In this document: positions 58,181 to 64,000 of the stretch, piece by piece
How the letters are laid out: the number at the start of each line of letters is the position of its first letter
How positions within the stretch are numbered: the first letter of the stretch is position 1
DNA from: a virus
IMG/VR virus record: IMGVR_UViG_3300035128_000113
Direction: 5' to 3' (one strand)
DNA length: 64,000 bases
The notes under the pieces: generated by a model
Databases searched by the model: none
Told to the model about the DNA's origin: nothing
Seen by the model: only the letters and a program-made list of their open reading frames with translations
Translations under genes and position numbers: made by a program

Positions 58181-58534
58181 CTACTCGTCGTTTACATCCT
58201 CAAAAATAGTAACCAAAATATTACCATTTTCAGGAAGTGTCATCGTTTCCCCTGCCCCGTAATCCACGTCAAACTCTGCAACATATTCTCCGGCGGTATC
58301 TACATCAACAGCCTTCCACTGATACTCTAGTAGGCCCTCTGTAACCGGACTTACAATAACCCCGGCCGAGTTGACCTTCTCGACACCACTTATTCTATTG
58401 ACCATAGTGAACGTGACTGACAAGGCACCCGTGAAATCAAAAGGGGTCTCATCGGACCCGCTGACTCTCACTCTAAGGTATGGCCTTTGAGAATGCCGTT
58501 TTTTCACCACCCTTAAAACATTAGGAACACTCAT
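58181..58534 (-). CDS. BppU-N-like Ig-fold structural protein
   Basis: FDFTGA.SVTF...EGLLEYQW...D..G.Y.AEF.V. Confidence 0.7.
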   Translation of the reverse strand: MSVPNVLRVVKKRHSQRPYLRVRVSGSDETPFDFTGALSVTFTMVNRISGVEKVNSAGVIVSPVTEGLLEYQWKAVDVDTAGEYVAEFDVDYGAGETMTLPENGNILVTIFEDVNDE

Positions 58535-58542
58535 AGACCCTC

Positions 58543-58776
58543 CTACTCACAGTCCAAAGATAACACAGGCTCATTCTCAAGGGATATTGTTAATTCATCC
58601 ACAACTTTGCACTCGTACTCTGACGCCACCACTGTATTAAGTGAGTCCACCATAGTAATCAGTCTTTCTGTTGTTACCCTAAGCGGCGACTCAAAGAAAA
58701 TATCCGGTGGCTTATCCCCCTCCAACCCCCGACGAAACAGCACTTGAGACCGCTTATTTTTCGATACTAAAAACAC
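58543..58776 (-). CDS. hypothetical protein
   Basis: 77-aa ORF. Confidence 0.5.
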   Translation of the reverse strand: MFLVSKNKRSQVLFRRGLEGDKPPDIFFESPLRVTTERLITMVDSLNTVVASEYECKVVDELTISLENEPVLSLDCE

Positions 58777-59375
58777 TAACCCACCGTGGTGAAAGCCTGT
58801 CCGGTTACGACCGTTCCCAGACTATCAGTTATAGAAACCACTGCATTGTGCGGCCGGTTCTCCACTAGAGAAACGACACCTGACACACTAAACCGACCAT
58901 CGACTTTAGGTGTACTCGAACTTCCTGAAAATAGAAGATTCTCTAAGTCGTCATACACCTCAACCCTGGCCGAAACCAACCCAGTAAGCACCGTCTCTCC
59001 ATTCCTATCCAACCACATCTCTAAGAAGAGTATCGAAGTATCCTCATCGTATGCCGCGTTCATCTGCGCCTCCGATACTCCATTAAAATCTTCAACGAAT
59101 GAGGTAACATGCATACCCCAAACGTCACCTGTACTCGGAAGCTTTACTACAATGGCCCACTGCGCCGAATCGGTGGGGGTGAACGTAACTTGATAAATAC
59201 CGCTTGTGCCTATCTCCGAGACTGTAGCTGTAACCGCAACCTCGGTGTCATTGCGAAACTGGGAAATATCAAAAGAACTCGGAAGCACACCTGATAGATA
59301 CGAAACACCGTCTTCATCAAATATAGGGAACTGCGATACTACAACTTCCCCTACCTGCCTTACATGTGTCTCCAC
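58776..59375 (-). CDS. probable virion Ig-like protein
   Basis: Beta-rich; SEIGTSGIYQVTFTP. Confidence 0.55.
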   Translation of the reverse strand: METHVRQVGEVVVSQFPIFDEDGVSYLSGVLPSSFDISQFRNDTEVAVTATVSEIGTSGIYQVTFTPTDSAQWAIVVKLPSTGDVWGMHVTSFVEDFNGVSEAQMNAAYDEDTSILFLEMWLDRNGETVLTGLVSARVEVYDDLENLLFSGSSSTPKVDGRFSVSGVVSLVENRPHNAVVSITDSLGTVVTGQAFTTVG

Positions 59376-59376
59376 G

Positions 59377-59928
59377 TTACCTCCCGGAAAGGGCTTCCAT
59401 TATCGTACTTCGAATAACGTTTAGGGTCTCTTCATCGGCCTCTTTCTTCGGGGTTATCCCGTCGAACTGCTCCCTCATCTCGGCTACGTCTTCTTCAATC
59501 CGTTTTACCGAAGTGCTAACTGTATCTGCTTTCGTTTCAGCCCTGATTATATAGGTTGCCCCGGAAATCAGCGCTAGAACGATCGCGAGCACTCCTCCTA
59601 GACGAAAAGATTTCCATCGACTAATGCTTCCCTCGATATTGCTTATACTCTTCTGGATGGCCGACATGCTCGACGACATCAACTCTATACGAGTAATCTG
59701 GCTGCATTCATGCTTGCTTACGGCTTCCTTGAGCTGTACGACTTCCAGGTCTACAACTTTTGCGTCCTTTTTTCTGTCCAACTCGGCTTTCATGCGAAGC
59801 TCCAACTCCATTATTCGGGCATGTAATGCCCGAATATCTTGCTGCCTCACTCCAGTCGGCTCTGATGGAACATCCCTTTTGTCCATACCCAAACTCCATG
59901 TCTTCCCCAAGAACATGCTCAATACCAA
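59377..59928 (-). CDS. coiled-coil + single-TM protein
   Basis: TM LGGVLAIVLALISGATYII. Confidence 0.55.
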   Translation of the reverse strand: MVLSMFLGKTWSLGMDKRDVPSEPTGVRQQDIRALHARIMELELRMKAELDRKKDAKVVDLEVVQLKEAVSKHECSQITRIELMSSSMSAIQKSISNIEGSISRWKSFRLGGVLAIVLALISGATYIIRAETKADTVSTSVKRIEEDVAEMREQFDGITPKKEADEETLNVIRSTIMEALSGR

Positions 59929-59988
59929 TACGCTCTAATCCTAAAATCAGAGCATACTTACGCAATACACAAACCAATATCCCTAACC

Positions 59989-61635
59989 CTAGTACTTCGT
60001 AATACTTGAGCTCTGTGCCCCGGTAGAAAAGTCCAGCGACAATTTACCAAACTCGACATATCTGTGATAGACATCCGAATCACCTGCATCTACTTGAATA
60101 ACCGGCGTAACTTCATAAACTAAACCCATGTCAGAAACATCTGGCCTACTCCACCAATCGACTTCCGCGGACGAAGCCCCATAATAAGCATCGCTTGTTC
60201 CAAAAGCCTCCAAAGCAAACATCAAAGCTGAAATAAACCCAAAGTTGAAAAGGTCGCTCCCATTTGCGTTTCCATTAGAGACTATTCCAGAACCTACAAG
60301 ATTAATTCCATACGTATATCGATGAGCGATGGCCTTAGCCCCTCTATACGCCCAATTGGCCTTTGACTCATATCCATTGTTCGCGGAATATGCCGAAGTA
60401 TTAACCGCAAAACTCTCAAGCAAATAATAATCATCCCAAGTCAAATTGGACTCAACTAAACTTGGATTCCACGTAGTGTTTGGGTATGAGGCATCGTTCA
60501 CTGTACCCAGCACATGATCCATATTCCAAGAATTAACAAAACAAAGGTTCGAATTGGTTTTACCGTGAACAAAGTCAACCTTAGTGTTGAACGCAGTCCT
60601 GCTATTTGTGGATGTAGTACCATAATCATACCCGGACTCATCCATAAAGATCCCATGAACCCCCTCTGCATCCCACTCGTTAACCCGAGCTGTCCAGGGT
60701 GTATACTCAAGTGGAGTTTTCACGTATCCAAAAATCTTCGTTCTCGGATTAAGAGCTTTTACCCTAGCTATGATAGTCGAAGCGTTTGTATAGTCTGGAT
60801 GACGAATATCATACACGTCATCAGTATCCCAATCATTATCGGTACCCCCAGATAACGTGGCCGTGACTGTAGTAGCCGTATTGGCTGTTATTGTACCAGA
60901 ACTCCCGTCGGTACTGTTTGTTACAGTAAGCCCAACGAGCTCATTTGTCTCCCAGCTCTTACTCGTGTCCTCTAGGGATGCTGCCCCATTGCTCCCAGTA
61001 TGGCTTCCCGACTCATGCCTAACAATGGACCCACCTAAGACTATAAGACTATACTTAGCCATATCTTGAGCGACTAATTCATTATTCCAAGAATTGTTGG
61101 AGTAATTAAAGGAGTTCAAATACCCATAATAGATCAACAAAGCTTTTGGCTTAGAATATCTTGCTTGCATTAGCTCCACCCTATGCCATCCTGTCTTTTC
61201 GTGGATGTCTAAAAGATATTGTACAGAACCCAGCTCCCCCAACAAAGGAGTGTACCCTGCTTCGTATAATGGACTATCACTGTCATTATACAAGGCTTTC
61301 CTGTTCAACATTAACTGCATTATAAAAAACGGACCATACAAACTCGTTGTTGGATCTGTAACAATGGTATTAATATCCAAAAACTCAGTTATCTCAGAAC
61401 TCTGTGCTGGGTCTTCGTCCCCACCGTGTGCTGCAACAATCGCGTCAAGAGTGGCTTCTTCGCCAGAAGACAATGTCCCATCAAAGTCTAAATAAACTTC
61501 ATCCTCATTACCCTGAGTAGTTATACCATTTAGATCAACGGTAATACTACTCTCTGCTATTTCTTTATGCAGTTTCCCCGGTGCAACTTTTTGTGCTGGA
61601 AAATCTGTAGACTTATAATACGTATAGATAGCCAT
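59989..61635 (-). CDS. virion protein with probable glycoside-hydrolase-like TIM barrel
   Basis: KIFGYV...WDAEGVHGIFMDE.GYD...FVNSWN...YLLESF. Confidence 0.5.
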   Translation of the reverse strand: MAIYTYYKSTDFPAQKVAPGKLHKEIAESSITVDLNGITTQGNEDEVYLDFDGTLSSGEEATLDAIVAAHGGDEDPAQSSEITEFLDINTIVTDPTTSLYGPFFIMQLMLNRKALYNDSDSPLYEAGYTPLLGELGSVQYLLDIHEKTGWHRVELMQARYSKPKALLIYYGYLNSFNYSNNSWNNELVAQDMAKYSLIVLGGSIVRHESGSHTGSNGAASLEDTSKSWETNELVGLTVTNSTDGSSGTITANTATTVTATLSGGTDNDWDTDDVYDIRHPDYTNASTIIARVKALNPRTKIFGYVKTPLEYTPWTARVNEWDAEGVHGIFMDESGYDYGTTSTNSRTAFNTKVDFVHGKTNSNLCFVNSWNMDHVLGTVNDASYPNTTWNPSLVESNLTWDDYYLLESFAVNTSAYSANNGYESKANWAYRGAKAIAHRYTYGINLVGSGIVSNGNANGSDLFNFGFISALMFALEAFGTSDAYYGASSAEVDWWSRPDVSDMGLVYEVTPVIQVDAGDSDVYHRYVEFGKLSLDFSTGAQSSSITKY

Positions 61636-61655
61636 GTAATGCCCTCTGCCTTTCT

Positions 61656-62600
61656 CTAGGGGAGCTGGAAAATCATTATGCGAGCTCTTCTGATATACGC
61701 AGGGTTAAACCCATACGCATTATTCCAATCCATATCAATGTTGATTGCACCGCTCAACGCCGAACTCGGGTAAAAACCACTACATGGCATATATCGCGTG
61801 ACATACGGATTGTTCTTCCAAGAATGCGTGGCTATGGTTGTGGTATCGTCAAGCTGCATTCGAAACTCAACATCCTCATCAGCCCATGCCCCTATTTCGC
61901 AAGACCATTGAATCAAATAAGACAATCCGTTAGTCAAAGAAGGAGTTGTAACTCTAAGCTTCTGTTGAAATGATGACGACGTTGTACTTGACTCAGCCTC
62001 ACTAACTCCACTTGCAACTGTAACCATTCCTACCGGGGCTTCAACCCAAGAAGGTGCCACCCCTGCTCCGTTGGTCTGCAACAAATACCCTGAAGTTCCA
62101 GCAGCTAGGCGGTCCCACGCTGAAGACCCTCGATAGATAATATCCCCATGAGCAGGACTCGAGATAGCCGGTATAGCCCCCACCTGCGCCGCTGACACGC
62201 TGTGAGGGTTTGAAGTATTTCCTACATGAGAATCCAAAGTGGACCCATCAGCCGAAACGTCTCTACCGTCAACATTACCTACACTGGTAATTGCGTTTCC
62301 GCCCAAACTCAAATTACCCGACATAGCTCTTCTACCGTCGATGTGCAAGTACTGAGTATGATCGTCCGCAGGTGCGGGCAACCCTGAAAGATCGCCGTGA
62401 GCGGATAGGGTACCGAACGCTTGCCACGTAGGGGAAGTATCAACCAAGAGCCATAAAGACAAATCATCTAGCTGCAAAGCGACTTTATAGACATCGGTAG
62501 AAAGAAAACCGGTAGCACCCTCCCTTGCGGCCTGATTTGCATACTCCCAATTATGCGGACCATGCCTTGCTCCTAGACTGACTGTCGAATGAAAACTCAT
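61656..62600 (-). CDS. tail-fibre-like protein
   Basis: DDHTQYL, GDIIYR...WDRLAAGTSGYLL...PSW. Confidence 0.65.
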   Translation of the reverse strand: MSFHSTVSLGARHGPHNWEYANQAAREGATGFLSTDVYKVALQLDDLSLWLLVDTSPTWQAFGTLSAHGDLSGLPAPADDHTQYLHIDGRRAMSGNLSLGGNAITSVGNVDGRDVSADGSTLDSHVGNTSNPHSVSAAQVGAIPAISSPAHGDIIYRGSSAWDRLAAGTSGYLLQTNGAGVAPSWVEAPVGMVTVASGVSEAESSTTSSSFQQKLRVTTPSLTNGLSYLIQWSCEIGAWADEDVEFRMQLDDTTTIATHSWKNNPYVTRYMPCSGFYPSSALSGAINIDMDWNNAYGFNPAYIRRARIMIFQLP

Positions 62601-62603
62601 GCT

Positions 62604-62858
62604 TTACTCTCTTACCAAAACGTTACCAAGAACGTCGTCTGTTAACACTTCACCTGTTACGTCATCCACAAGAATACTATCTACATCAAACGAACTAAAT
62701 GGCTTCCAGGAACCCCCAGCTTCTTTATACTCAGCGTTCCCAGAACCATCAGTTCGAAGTCCTATAATATTCTGTCCTGGAGTATCTATATCCCCCTTCC
62801 CGATATAGAACTCCTCTTGCAATGTCCCTTCAAGGTTGCCCGCTTTTACATTACCCAT
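62604..62858 (-). CDS. small structural protein
   Basis: 84-aa ORF in tail module. Confidence 0.5.
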   Translation of the reverse strand: MGNVKAGNLEGTLQEEFYIGKGDIDTPGQNIIGLRTDGSGNAEYKEAGGSWKPFSSFDVDSILVDDVTGEVLTDDVLGNVLVRE

Positions 62859-62865
62859 TCTTCAC

Positions 62866-63678
62866 CTAAATCAGGTCATAATGAACAACGATAATCGCCT
62901 GCCCTTGTGTAGGAGTACCTCCATTGTTGCTCAAAGTCACATTCACGTCGGTTGCCACTCCATAGAGATATCCTGCGTCGGTAACCTGAACCCCAACCTT
63001 CGCTAAGTCGTTTCCCTTCTCTTGCATCAGCCGGTCGGCGTCTGCGGCATCTCCTACCTCAACATACGGCTGGTTTACATCCCACGCTTGAGTGACATTG
63101 AGAATAACCTTGGTTACAATCGCGTTTGCCGGGACATTGACAATCAAATTTGCTCCAACATCGGCATAATCAAAAGCCAGTCTCGACGACTTCACAACCT
63201 CCTGTGCCGCCGGCGTCGGCCCGAGGTCTACCCAAGCACTTCCGTCGGCATCCCAAAGATAGAGATGGTCTCCTGTGAACTCTACCGTTCCTCCTGAAAG
63301 ATCATCGGTGACAGACACCACTTGCCCCTCAGCCGGAACAATCTCATCCCACGTAACTCCGTTATCCCAGTAGAGATAATTAATAGTGTACCCACCACCT
63401 GTAGTGGTGCATATGAACACTCTTCCCGGAGTCCCCGCAGCCGGTGGAGATCCCCCGTCAATCTGCCCGGTAACATAAACCGAAGCCCGGGTCTCCATAT
63501 ACCGCTTGGTGACGAAATCATTTGCAGCTACCGGGTCCGCACCACGGACAACGACAAAATCATCGTCGGCTTGATTCCGAAACTCTACAGCACCACTGTT
63601 ATCCTTAACCCTCGGACCCCTTTTGCCAATTTCAACATTGCTATCAATACCCGACAATTCATAATGCTTAGAAGCCAT
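62866..63678 (-). CDS. structural protein (fibre/whisker-like)
   Basis: GADP....D.VTK.Y; W..DG..W; decoration-like C-terminus. Confidence 0.55.
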   Translation of the reverse strand: MASKHYELSGIDSNVEIGKRGPRVKDNSGAVEFRNQADDDFVVVRGADPVAANDFVTKRYMETRASVYVTGQIDGGSPPAAGTPGRVFICTTTGGGYTINYLYWDNGVTWDEIVPAEGQVVSVTDDLSGGTVEFTGDHLYLWDADGSAWVDLGPTPAAQEVVKSSRLAFDYADVGANLIVNVPANAIVTKVILNVTQAWDVNQPYVEVGDAADADRLMQEKGNDLAKVGVQVTDAGYLYGVATDVNVTLSNNGGTPTQGQAIIVVHYDLI

Positions 63679-63689
63679 TCGATACCCTC

Positions 63690-63998
63690 CTAGGTAACCG
63701 GTATGGTTGTATACCTATACCGAAATATGGGATTTTCACCTATCCCAGTACACTGAATATAAAGTTGAATATTAACTCCTACTATTCCAGAACTAAATTC
63801 AACTTCGCTAATTTCAGGCTCAGAAAAACTGTATCGATGACTTAAACCTATGCCTGATGAATCCTGAATTAAAATCAACTCCCCGGTCTGAAACCTATTC
63901 GCTATAGTAAGCTCTAATCCATACTCAATATTAACTTTGCGATTCTCTAAAACACTCCCAACAATAATAGTCTCAACTGAATTATCATTAATATCCCT
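63690..63998 (-). CDS. partial structural protein running off the window edge
   Basis: Frame open to the window end: RDINDNSVETIIVGSVLENRKVNIEYGLELTIANRFQTGELILIQD... Confidence 0.6.
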   Translation of the reverse strand, partial: RDINDNSVETIIVGSVLENRKVNIEYGLELTIANRFQTGELILIQDSSGIGLSHRYSFSEPEISEVEFSSGIVGVNIQLYIQCTGIGENPIFRYRYTTIPVT

Positions 63999-64000
63999 TC

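Noticed and set aside
804-63998. Stop-codon reassignment
   Set aside because: Genes end in TAA, TAG and TGA, and long conserved genes are intact under the standard code.

Overview
A 64-kb segment of a large tailed dsDNA bacteriophage, probably contractile-tailed. Essentially all credible genes lie on the minus strand, and the + strand ORFs look like shadows. From right to left the window holds tail/baseplate/fibre genes (~50.3-64 kb), a probable lysis group (49.1-50.3 kb), and a self-contained replication/recombination module (HTH initiator with internal iteron-like repeats, DnaC-like loader, DnaB, primase, SSB, PolA, SF2 helicase, RecA, ligase, ParB, nucleases; 26-47 kb). These are followed by a 7-deazaguanine pathway (folE, queD, queE, queC, TGT/DpdA-like) with glycosyltransferases and a radical SAM enzyme (17.5-25.8 kb), and an accessory region (0.8-17.5 kb). 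The standout is a lone RAMP/Cas7-like gene (7868-8527) followed directly by a ~1.6-kb non-coding tract of degenerate 5-nt units (NN + DGY on the transcribed strand). No CRISPR repeats or cas operon are present, so the locus resembles a VIPR-type RNA-guided system. Nearby are an Acb2/Tad1-like anti-defence gene, two tRNA-shaped RNAs with abnormal anticodon arms, and another structured-RNA candidate. All protein calls are by-eye motif recognition; no database searches were run.
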